Source: a virus
DNA: 64,000 bases
IMG/VR virus record: IMGVR_UViG_3300045988_107814
Coordinates: 32,001-96,000 of that record
Reading direction: 5' to 3' (one strand)
This document shows positions 18,126-26,592 of this stretch, piece by piece. The number at the start of each line of letters is the position of its first letter. Positions within the stretch are counted from its first letter, which is position 1. The position numbers and the translations under genes are program-made. Below the pieces are notes generated by a model. That model did no database searches. It saw only the letters and a program-made list of their open reading frames with translations, and was not told where the DNA came from.

Positions 18126-18142
18126 TAAGGAGGATTTATAAA

Positions 18143-18580
18143 ATGAGTCTTACTAAATATATGTGTACGGTAGAAACAAAGAATTATCCAATCTCTACTA
18201 TTACTCCTGTAATTCAGAGATATGCTTCTGTTAAGAAGAAGTTTAGTGCTACAGAGATTGCTAATTGCTTATCTTGCTACGCTGTAGTAACTTTACATAA
18301 GCAAAATGGTGCTAATGTAAAATTAACTTCAACTAATTTCAAGGATGTACTTGTTACTTATAATAACGAGATTGCTGCTCAAGAGCTAAGAAGCAGTATG
18401 AAAAAAGAAAAGGAAAATAATGCTAAGGCTTTTGAAGAGATGAAAAAAGAAGAAGTTAAAGAAGAGAAAGTTGAAGAAACAGTAGAAGAACCTATTGTTG
18501 AAGAAGAGGTAGAACAATTACAAGCAGATCCAGAAGATCCTGATATTAAAGATTTTTCTTATATCGATAGTGAAGAATAA
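18143..18580 (+). CDS. hypothetical protein with acidic Glu-rich C-terminus
   Basis: 145-aa ORF with AAGGAGG upstream. Confidence 0.75.
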   Translation: MSLTKYMCTVETKNYPISTITPVIQRYASVKKKFSATEIANCLSCYAVVTLHKQNGANVKLTSTNFKDVLVTYNNEIAAQELRSSMKKEKENNAKAFEEMKKEEVKEEKVEETVEEPIVEEEVEQLQADPEDPDIKDFSYIDSEE

Positions 18581-18585
18581 AAAAT

Positions 18586-18625
18586 AATCCGTAGGAACAT
18601 TCAAGTTCCTATGGATTATTTTCTC
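18586..18625. terminator. bidirectional intrinsic terminator between convergent blocks
   Basis: 13-bp stem AATCCGTAGGAAC/GTTCCTATGGATT with A/T tracts on both sides. Confidence 0.6.
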
Positions 18626-18651
18626 TTAAATCATATTTATTATTTTATTTC

Positions 18652-18690
18652 TCAATATGATCCAATTCCGCCGCCGAAGCCGTCGCCCAT
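18652..18690 (-). CDS. candidate 12-aa Gly-rich micropeptide MGDGFGGGIGSY
   Basis: Canonical AAAGGAGG lies 8 nt upstream of the ATG at 18690, and TGA is at 18654..18652. The body is locally very GC-rich (ggcgacggcttcggcggcgga) in an AT-rich spacer. It lies downstream of the beta-prime gene and before the terminator. Confidence 0.3.
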   Translation of the reverse strand: MGDGFGGGIGSY

Positions 18691-18757
18691 TATATATTCC
18701 TCCTTTCAATATATAATGAGATAGGATTATATCCTATCATTAATATTATATATAATT

Positions 18758-20560
18758 TTAGAATATTGGATTTACAAATTTAACAGAATCATCAGGTTGA
18801 ACAGTTAATTCATATAAACAGAGTATATTTTCTTTAGATACATCTCTTGTAGAATAACCGTTCATACCAAGTATTTGAATCTTTGCATCGGCTTGTTTCT
18901 CACATTCTTTATTTGCCTCTATTGTATACACAGGTTTTACAATTGCTGTATCACCATCATAATCCATTCCCATCGCTCCAATTAATCCATTACAAATAGA
19001 CAATGTATCTTCAAACACTGGAGATGTATTTGAATTGATATCCCTGTCAGTTATAATAGGGTACCATTTATATAGCTTATTGTTATCTTCAAAATCAGAT
19101 TGTATTACCATAGGTTGTGTTTTAACAGTAGATTTGATTCTTACTTTTGTAGGATACTGGTTTAAGAACGAGTCAATTGGGAAACGAGTAATTAGAACCA
19201 TCTTATCGGATGTAACATCACAAGCAGCCATATAGAACAAGTCACACCAAGTAAGAGGTCTATTGATCTTTAATTCTGAAGAATATTCTTTTTTCTTTTC
19301 ATCAAAATCTTTAGAATTATTTAACTTATATCCCATAAAGTACATATAAAAGCTTAACTCATTGATTTTAATATTTTTACCAGTAACTGTATCTTTTAAT
19401 TCACCATTCTTAGCACGTCTAGCAAATTCTTCTTTATCTACTGGTAATTCAATAGGAATAAATCTGTTTGAATAACCATGGATGAAACGTTCAATCTGAG
19501 CATCCAATTCTACATCAGAAAAAGCTATCTGATAATCTACAAGAGGAACCATTACTACTTCTTTATCATTAATAGAAATAGGATATTCTAGTTTACCTGC
19601 AAATCTATTCTCAAAGAATCGTCTTAACCAGAACATAATAAATGGTTTAAAACAACACAATGCCGCAGCCAATGGTAATGCAGCATGATTCATATCTACC
19701 ATTAAATCATCAATATCTTCACCAGATACATCTGGTGCAGACATAACTAATCTTGCAGAATAGTCTACTGTCTTATACATTACACCACGTTTAATAAGAC
19801 CCATTTTACCAGGTAAGTTTGCCGGTGTTTCTTGTCCATTAATCGTTGTACCATTACCAAACCAATCAAATATCTGTAATAAAATATTCTGAACTCTAGC
19901 TTTTGTTACATCACTTAAAGTTAGGCCAAATTCAGCAGTTTCTTTTAAAGACTTAGTAGCCATAATCAGACTACTATATAACTTATTAATTTCACCAACA
20001 CCGATACCATTATCTTTAGTATCTACGTCTCTATAATATGGTGGAATTACTATATACTTTGTTACCCATAATTGATTCTTGCACTTTTCAATAAAATCAA
20101 TTCTTCTGTTTCTAGAAGATGATTCATTCTTTTTAAACTTCAATTTACTAAAGTTTCTTTTAAGCCAATCAATACCAGTATTACCATCATCAGATTTAAC
20201 TAATTCACCACCATCATTAATAATAAAATATTCTGTACCGTTAACTACACTTTCAATTTTATTATTTAATTTACATAGTGTCTTATATACTAATGGATGA
20301 AAAAAAGAACTACCAAGATCTATATAAGCATATATACCAGATCTCTCAGCTTTAGTAATACCAAAAATTTCATTAGAAAGCAATCCATCTTCTGTAGGTG
20401 TAGGACCATTAAAAAATACAGGATTAGTAATTTCTTTCAATTGATTTACTCTAATAAATTTATCTACATCTAATAAAGAAGTTTTTAGGTGTTCTGTACT
20501 AGCTTCTGAAAAATAATCAGTTTCATTTTTAACAATATTTACAGCTTCATCTATAAGCAT
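18758..20560 (-). CDS. phage multisubunit RNA polymerase, beta-prime N-terminal-half homolog
   Basis: [23 protein letters not shown] matches bacterial [40 protein letters not shown] matches [25 protein letters not shown] matches the NADFDGD catalytic loop. The protein ends shortly after that loop. Confidence 0.8.
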   Translation of the reverse strand: [600 protein letters not shown]

Positions 20561-20582
20561 TATTTATACCTCCTCGTACATT

Positions 20583-20596
20583 AATTATTAAATTGT
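20583..20596 (-). promoter_or_regulatory. AACA-N6-TAAT candidate phage promoter
   Basis: Minus strand reads AACAATTTAATAAT, 22 nt before the ATG at 20560. Confidence 0.4.
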
Positions 20597-20650
20597 TGAA
20601 GCTGTAAAAAGAGTCGTATGATTCTTTTTATATACATCTAAGTCTACTTT

Positions 20651-20664
20651 AACATTTAAATAAA
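20651..20664 (+). promoter_or_regulatory. AACA-N6-TAAA candidate phage promoter (variant)
   Basis: AACATTTAAATAAA upstream of 20688..21125. Confidence 0.3.
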
Positions 20665-20687
20665 ATACATTAATGGAGGAATTAATA

Positions 20688-21125
20688 ATGATGACTTGTA
20701 ATGAATGTATGAATGGAGCACCATATAAATTCTGTTGTAAACTAGAATGTGGAGAACATGAATTTTGCAGAAATTGTTCATATATATCAAATAATAAATA
20801 TTGTACATGTAAAACAGAACAAATGCTTCAATATAGCAAAGAGGAATTAAACAATAAACCCGCAGACTTTTATAATAATATTAAACCTTTACCACCAGTA
20901 GAAGATGGTAATTTAATACCAGTTGAAAAAGTAGTAGATGATATGTATAGCGATTCATCTATGTCTTCAAAGGCAAGAGAATATTATATCAATCATTATG
21001 CTACAGACCAAGAAAAAGAAGAATTAAGAATGCAAGAAAAAATGGAATTTCTATTTAGTGCTTGTTTCTTATCTATACCATTTATTGGTTTGATTGTGGT
21101 TTGCTTAGTAATAATTTTTTCATAA
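20688..21125 (+). CDS. Cys-rich protein with C-terminal transmembrane anchor
   Basis: Trimmed to the ATG at 20688 (MMTCNEC), 8 nt after GGAGG. There are 11 Cys in the first 45 aa (CNEC..CC..C..C..C..C.C). The C-terminal FLFSACFLSIPFIGLIVVCLVIIFS is hydrophobic. Confidence 0.7.
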   Translation: MMTCNECMNGAPYKFCCKLECGEHEFCRNCSYISNNKYCTCKTEQMLQYSKEELNNKPADFYNNIKPLPPVEDGNLIPVEKVVDDMYSDSSMSSKAREYYINHYATDQEKEELRMQEKMEFLFSACFLSIPFIGLIVVCLVIIFS

Positions 21126-21137
21126 GGAGGTTATAAT

Positions 21138-21710
21138 ATGAAAAAGCCTATTTATTATTATACAGAACAACCTAGTTGTGGTGAATATCATGTTGGTCCA
21201 CCGTGTCCTCCTCCACCACCTTACCCATATCCACCTTGCCCACCTTGTCCTCCACCTAAGCCACCTGTACCACATTATCATGGTAAGGTAAGTGTAGTTG
21301 GTCGTACAGTACTTACAGTAAAATATGTTGATCATCATGGTCATTATCAAACATTTGATATTAGAGATGGTGAAACTTATGAAATCAAAGCAGTATCTTC
21401 TACTAGAGGAATCTGTACTTTTGCAGGCAGAATTGTTGACTTCGAATGTAATAAGGGTATTGAAAAGCTTATCGATAAGCCTCACGAAATTACGATTTCT
21501 GCTCTTATTGTAGATTATTCTGATGCTTATGAAAGTAAATTATTAAGACTATTTGTAAATAATATTATTTCTATTAAGCCTATTGTATGCTTTGATGGAA
21601 GAATGGATTATCCTACTCATGATTGTGACTGTCATGATAGAGATCCAAGACATTGCCCTCCACCTCCTCATCCACCAGAGCATATTTATGATCCGTTTGA
21701 AAATGTGTAA
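21138..21710 (+). CDS. Pro/Cys/His-rich protein at the start of the fibre module
   Basis: PPCPPPPPYPYPPCPPCPPPKPPVPHYH at the N-terminus and HDCDCHDRDPRHCPPPPHPPEH at the C-terminus. AAGGAGG upstream. Confidence 0.75.
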   Translation: MKKPIYYYTEQPSCGEYHVGPPCPPPPPYPYPPCPPCPPPKPPVPHYHGKVSVVGRTVLTVKYVDHHGHYQTFDIRDGETYEIKAVSSTRGICTFAGRIVDFECNKGIEKLIDKPHEITISALIVDYSDAYESKLLRLFVNNIISIKPIVCFDGRMDYPTHDCDCHDRDPRHCPPPPHPPEHIYDPFENV

Positions 21711-21715
21711 GAACA

Positions 21716-21752
21716 ATGGTGAAGATTATATAATCTTCACCATTTATTAATA
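21716..21752 (+). terminator. hairpin/terminator
   Basis: Palindrome ATGGTGAAGATTATATAATCTTCACCAT followed by TTATTAAT. Confidence 0.45.
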
Positions 21753-21768
21753 TGAAAGGAGTTGTGTT

Positions 21769-22008
21769 ATGGAAATTTATGATCATATTAATATGAACTC
21801 TAATTCAATTAATAATGGAAAATTTGAATCAGTCAGTTCATTACCAACTTCTAATTTATTTAAAGGTAGACTAGTCTATAATTCTACTGATAATACTAAT
21901 TATTATTATAATGGTACTAAATGGGTATCTATTATAGATTCTGATGTATTAAATAGTGAACTTGGAGACATATCTACCATTTTAGCATCTGTTGTGGAGG
22001 TGACTTAA
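21769..22008 (+). CDS. small tail-fibre-associated protein (fibre N-terminal adapter-like)
   Basis: GRLVYNSTDNTNYYYNGTKWVSI resembles the N-terminus of 24796..25476 (GMFIYNTTEEKLKYFNGAEWVTL). Confidence 0.6.
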   Translation: MEIYDHINMNSNSINNGKFESVSSLPTSNLFKGRLVYNSTDNTNYYYNGTKWVSIIDSDVLNSELGDISTILASVVEVT

Positions 22009-22011
22009 TAT

Positions 22012-23481
22012 ATGCCTACTATAGCAGATCAATTAAAGGAATTGGTAAATCAAAAGAATACACTTGTAGATAATCTTAATTCTAAAGGTGTAACTGCTAC
22101 TAAAAATGAGAAATTAAATACTCTAGTTCCTAAAGTATTAGAGATCAGTGGTGGTAGTGGTATAGATACATCTGATGCTACCGCTACATCTAATGATATT
22201 ATTGATGGTAAAACTGCATATGTTAAAGGATTGAAAGTTACCGGTTCTATTCAATCTAAAGCTGCTGCAAATTATACCCCAACTCAAGAAGATCAGATAA
22301 TTTCTTCTGGACAATATTTAGCTGGTAATCAGACTATTAAAGGTGATTCTAATCTTGATACTAAAAATATCAAAGCTGGAGTAGTTTTGTTTAATAATAA
22401 AGGTACGTTTACATCTGATGCTACAGCCAAGGCTAGTGATATTATTGATGGTAAAACTGCATATGTAAATGGTAATCTAATAGAAGGATCTATCACATCT
22501 AAACCTGCTACTATATATACACCATCAACTAAGAATCAAATAATTAATGCTGGGCAATATCTTTCTGGTAATCAAACAATTGAAGGTGATGAGAATCTTA
22601 TTGCAGCAAATATTAAAAACGGTGTAAATATATTTGGTATTACAGGTACTCATGCTGGTGCATCTGAATTGACTGAAGCTACAGTAACGAATGAGGATAT
22701 TAAATCTGGTAAGATAGCATATGGTAATAATGGAGAAAAGATCATAGGTTCTATGTATACTGTAGATACTGAAACTATTATTACACCATCTATTAAAGAT
22801 CAAATTCTCAAAGCTGGATTCTATAATGGAATCACCGTTCAAGGTGATACTAATTTAGTTCCAGCAAATATCAAAAATGGAGTAAATATATTCGGAATCA
22901 CTGGTGTATATGAAGGCGGAAGTTCTACTACATCAGAACAAGTATTATTTGAATGTGATGCTACAGCTGAAGACACAGACATTGTCGAAGCTTATAGAGG
23001 TATAGTAAGAGTAAAGAACGATACTATATACAGTGATTTAACCACTTATGTATATGATTCCATATCTGCTGCTAAATATACAAATACAGGTAATAGTTTA
23101 TCCGGTATTTATTATAAAAACAGTGGGGATAATAACGGTATCTATTTTACCACACCTGTAAATATAATATCCAATGAAGTAATGGTTTATATACATGGAT
23201 ATGTATCTCCATGGATTAGTCCTTTATTAAATTTAAACTTTATTCAAGCTGATTCTGTTGATGATATTGAAACAAAAATTAATAACTCCGACTTTGTATA
23301 TATAAAACGAATTCAAATTTCTTCAGCCGCTAACTCTACGTATCAAAATATAAGTAAAGTTAAAATGTATTATGAGATGAACGGAATTAATGTTACCGGT
23401 GAACATTACTTGTATATCGGAATCCCAGCTACTGGTGGTAACGAAGCAGTAATAAATAAACTTATTATAATCAATAACTAA
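22012..23481 (+). CDS. tail fibre protein with three ~80-aa tandem repeats
   Basis: Repeating unit is D.TA...DI..GK.AY..G..I.GS.......YTPS...Q.I..G.Y..G.....GD.NL...NIKNGVNIFGITG. It sits in the fibre gene cluster. Confidence 0.65.
   Translation: MPTIADQLKELVNQKNTLVDNLNSKGVTATKNEKLNTLVPKVLEISGGSGIDTSDATATSNDIIDGKTAYVKGLKVTGSIQSKAAANYTPTQEDQIISSGQYLAGNQTIKGDSNLDTKNIKAGVVLFNNKGTFTSDATAKASDIIDGKTAYVNGNLIEGSITSKPATIYTPSTKNQIINAGQYLSGNQTIEGDENLIAANIKNGVNIFGITGTHAGASELTEATVTNEDIKSGKIAYGNNGEKIIGSMYTVDTETIITPSIKDQILKAGFYNGITVQGDTNLVPANIKNGVNIFGITGVYEGGSSTTSEQVLFECDATAEDTDIVEAYRGIVRVKNDTIYSDLTTYVYDSISAAKYTNTGNSLSGIYYKNSGDNNGIYFTTPVNIISNEVMVYIHGYVSPWISPLLNLNFIQADSVDDIETKINNSDFVYIKRIQISSAANSTYQNISKVKMYYEMNGINVTGEHYLYIGIPATGGNEAVINKLIIINN
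22174..22910 (+). repeat. three tandem coding repeats (~240 nt) in the fibre gene
   Basis: For example, gatattattgatggtaaaactgcatatgt occurs at about 22196 and about 22438, and aatat.aaaaa.gg.gtaaatatatt.gg.at.ac.ggt at about 22611 and about 22866. Confidence 0.8.
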
Positions 23482-23493
23482 GGAGGTATTATT

Positions 23494-24363
23494 ATGAAGA
23501 AGATTTATGATATTGATATATCTCCTATTGAGATTAAGCAAATCAATAATACTATATATAAAGTATTCTTTAGAGAAAATATAGAATCTTTAAATACAGA
23601 TAAAGTAAGTTGTGATGAATATACAATATTGACTGAAAATTCAACTCCAGAAGAAACAGAAACAATTGAAGCTTTCGTAGAAGCTAATAAAGAAATTCTA
23701 TTATCTTCTGCTATTGAACAGGATAAAATCAAATCTAATCAAAATAAGATTGAAGATATGCAAACTGGATTAACAAATACAGATTATAAAGTTCTAAAGA
23801 ATCTTGAAAATTTTATGATCGGTATCCCATTTGAACAAGATTTATCTTCTATTTGTGCTAATAGACAATTGATGCGTGACTCTATAAATAATATTCAACA
23901 AGATATTTCTGATGATGATGACTTGTTATCTCAGGCTAAACAAAGAAAGATTAATGAGATTAGTCTTACTTCTCAGTCTATGATTATTAATGGTGTAGAA
24001 TTTAATAGTAAAAGATATAGATTAAATACTACTGATCAAATTAATATGTCAGCTTTAAGTGCTATGGCTCAAATGGGTAATAAAGTTCCATATCATGCTG
24101 ATGGTGAAATATGTAGAATATTTGAACCAGAAGAAATGGTACAACTTGCTCAGACAGCTACTAATTGGATTGTATATCACACTACTTATTTCAATCTTCT
24201 AAAACATCAAATTCTAGAATATGATAATTTGGAAGATGTAGAAAAAGTATATTATGGTACAAAGCTTAAAGACGAATATCAGCAAATTATAAATACTATC
24301 ATATCTAATGGATCGACAACAACAGATACTACAGAGTCTGGTGGTGGCACTTTAAATGAATAA
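23494..24363 (+). CDS. hypothetical protein, possibly DUF4376-like fibre-associated
   Basis: 289 aa. The C-terminal block INGVEFNSKRYRLNTTDQINMSAL....PYHADGE.CRIFEPEEM resembles DUF4376 domains. Comparison is from memory only. Confidence 0.45.
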   Translation: MKKIYDIDISPIEIKQINNTIYKVFFRENIESLNTDKVSCDEYTILTENSTPEETETIEAFVEANKEILLSSAIEQDKIKSNQNKIEDMQTGLTNTDYKVLKNLENFMIGIPFEQDLSSICANRQLMRDSINNIQQDISDDDDLLSQAKQRKINEISLTSQSMIINGVEFNSKRYRLNTTDQINMSALSAMAQMGNKVPYHADGEICRIFEPEEMVQLAQTATNWIVYHTTYFNLLKHQILEYDNLEDVEKVYYGTKLKDEYQQIINTIISNGSTTTDTTESGGGTLNE

Positions 24364-24790
24364 AGCAATCAAATATCTTGTCTTAGGATGGATAGGTGGA
24401 GCTGTATATGTGATTATGGAAATGGCATTTAGAGGAAGAAGTCATTGGACAATGTTTATCTTAGGAGCTATTTGCTTTATCTTATTAGGACTTATTAATG
24501 AAATATTACCTTGGTCTACGCCTATTGAAATACAAGCAATTGTTGGCTCTTGTATAATTACTACATGTGAATTTATAACTGGATGCATAGTAAATCTATG
24601 GCTAGGATGGAATATATGGGATTATTCTAATATTCCATTAAATTTACTAGGACAAATATGTCTTCCATTTAGTCTATTATGGGTAGCAATATCTATTTTA
24701 GGAATAGTGGTTGATGACTATATACGGTATATATGGTTTAATGAAGAAAAACCTCATTATACATCTATCATATTTAAAAGAAAGAGGTGA
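24356..24790 (+). CDS. polytopic membrane protein, PF06541 (DUF1113, 'ABC-transporter type IV')-like
   Basis: Four hydrophobic segments, plus the family-typical NIWDYSNIPLNLLGQICLPFSLLW motif. Confidence 0.6.
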   Translation: MNKAIKYLVLGWIGGAVYVIMEMAFRGRSHWTMFILGAICFILLGLINEILPWSTPIEIQAIVGSCIITTCEFITGCIVNLWLGWNIWDYSNIPLNLLGQICLPFSLLWVAISILGIVVDDYIRYIWFNEEKPHYTSIIFKRKR

Positions 24791-24795
24791 TATAT

Positions 24796-25476
24796 GTGCA
24801 AGTATTAACTCAACTCGATATGAATAAAAATCAAATTATAAATGTAATTGTTCATAAAGTATCTACAGATCCAGTTGCTTCTGCTAATAATGAAGGAATG
24901 TTTATCTATAATACAACTGAAGAAAAATTAAAATATTTTAATGGTGCAGAATGGGTAACTCTAGGAATCGGATCTGGTGGTGGAGTTAAAATTGATACTA
25001 TACTCAATGATTCATCTACTAATAATAATGCTGCTGGTTCTAAAGCTGTTGTAGATTATGTAGCTACAATGCTTGCAAATATTGATACCGTTATTAATCA
25101 AATAAAAGCAGTATCTACAAACTCTGTGTTAATTGTTAATAATAATGGTAATATAAGTGGTATAAAAATAGATTCTGTGGTTACAGAAAGTTCTAATAAC
25201 TTAGTAACTTCTAAAGCTGTATATAATGCTATTAAGAATATTACTGGTACAATTACAAAAACTAGTTATACTTGTCCAGCTATTACAGGTGTTGATAATA
25301 AATGTGTATGGGAAATAGAACTAGAACATACAGTGCCAGCAACCGTTCAAGTATATAACAGTGCTAATGAAATGGTTATAGCAAAGATTAAAGATAGTGC
25401 TACAAAAATCACTATTATATTTAATGGATTATCCAAAATAAATGCTAATCAATTTAAAGCAATAATCATATACTAA
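24796..25476 (+). CDS. tail fibre protein
   Basis: N-terminus VQVLTQLDMNKNQIINV...GMFIYNTTEEKLKYFNGAEWVTLG is typical of phage fibre N-termini. GTG at 24796 follows AGAGGTG; the track start is GTG at 24787. Confidence 0.6.
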   Translation: MQVLTQLDMNKNQIINVIVHKVSTDPVASANNEGMFIYNTTEEKLKYFNGAEWVTLGIGSGGGVKIDTILNDSSTNNNAAGSKAVVDYVATMLANIDTVINQIKAVSTNSVLIVNNNGNISGIKIDSVVTESSNNLVTSKAVYNAIKNITGTITKTSYTCPAITGVDNKCVWEIELEHTVPATVQVYNSANEMVIAKIKDSATKITIIFNGLSKINANQFKAIIIY

Positions 25477-25497
25477 TATATAAGGAGGTATTATATT

Positions 25498-26508
25498 ATG
25501 AATGATAAATTCCCTAGTGTATTTATCGATAGTGATAAACCAGAGTTAGTTTGTGGTATTAAACAAGAAAAAGAATGCCCTTGTCAACCACCACAACCTA
25601 AAGAATATCATAGAGAAGAACCTGTAGTAAATAGACCTTATTCTGATATGCCAGTTCCAGGTCCATTTGTTCCAGATTATCAAGTTCAAGAAATTGGTGA
25701 AGCTTGCCCAAATCCAGTTCCTAATACTTATTTAGCTCCTGGTCATTGTCATCATAAGCCAGATCATGATTGCCACTGTCATCCAGATAGAAATCCTCAT
25801 CCTATGGAATGGAATTGTGAATGTTGTGGTCCCTATGTGACAAAGCATGAATTAAATAGAATTCTTGCTCATATTGCAGAAGCTGATATTTTTAAAGATC
25901 TATCTGAAAATGGTACTACAGTTTCTGTTGGTGGTATTAAGAAGGGTACAAAATTTAATAAGCTTACTTTATCTAAGTTAGTAGAATTAATGTTATACCC
26001 AGAAATTAATATTGATGATGAAGAATATGCTTGTGAAACTCCTAGTGGTAGAACAGTTTTAAATTCTACAGTAAAACACGAAATGGGAGATCTTAAAGAA
26101 GGAGATTCTTTAAAAGGTATGACAATCTCTCAAATTCTAGAAGCTATGTTATGCGGAAAGAATTTATGGGGTACTTATCTATGGAAGTCTGATATTGTAG
26201 ATGTAGAAGCAAGTACGACTACATTAGATGCTGAAGTATTATTCCCTGAACTTGTAAAAGATTACGATTGGAGACATACTTATGATCTCTTAGTAATTTG
26301 CAAGAAAGATGATAAATCTACAGAAGCTAATTATAAATATAACGAAATGATTGCTAATATTTATAATAAAGATCAGAAGACAAATGTTTCTATTGAAGGT
26401 GTACCGTCTGATCTTAAATGGAGCTATAATCCAGAAAGCAAGAAGATTACACTTCATACAGATACAGAAATTACAACTGCTATTTGTGTAGTATTAATTA
26501 GAAGATAA
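25498..26508 (+). CDS. Pro/Cys/His-rich protein at the end of the fibre module
   Basis: CPCQPPQP and HCHHKPDHDCHCHPDRNPHPMEWNCECC. It shares the HDC.CH..R.PH motif with 21138..21710. Confidence 0.75.
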   Translation: MNDKFPSVFIDSDKPELVCGIKQEKECPCQPPQPKEYHREEPVVNRPYSDMPVPGPFVPDYQVQEIGEACPNPVPNTYLAPGHCHHKPDHDCHCHPDRNPHPMEWNCECCGPYVTKHELNRILAHIAEADIFKDLSENGTTVSVGGIKKGTKFNKLTLSKLVELMLYPEINIDDEEYACETPSGRTVLNSTVKHEMGDLKEGDSLKGMTISQILEAMLCGKNLWGTYLWKSDIVDVEASTTTLDAEVLFPELVKDYDWRHTYDLLVICKKDDKSTEANYKYNEMIANIYNKDQKTNVSIEGVPSDLKWSYNPESKKITLHTDTEITTAICVVLIRR

Positions 26509-26514
26509 AATCTA

Positions 26515-26547
26515 GGAAGGGAGTAAAATCCCTTCCTTTATTTTTAC
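26515..26547 (+). terminator. intrinsic terminator
   Basis: Stem GGAAGGGA/TCCCTTCC followed by TTTATTTTTACTG. Confidence 0.7.
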
Positions 26548-26553
26548 TGATTT

Positions 26554-26567
26554 AACATTTCAATAAT
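26554..26567 (+). promoter_or_regulatory. AACA-N6-TAAT candidate phage promoter
   Basis: AACATTTCAATAAT, identical to the 15975 site, 26 nt before the ATG at 26593. Confidence 0.4.
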
Positions 26568-26592
26568 TATAAATGTAAGGAGATGTATAGAG

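Noticed and set aside
21120-21485. A minus-strand ORF rich in W/R (WYRWLRWRTRWARW...).
   Set aside because: It is the antisense shadow of the CCN-rich poly-proline coding tract of 21138..21710, and it has no SD.
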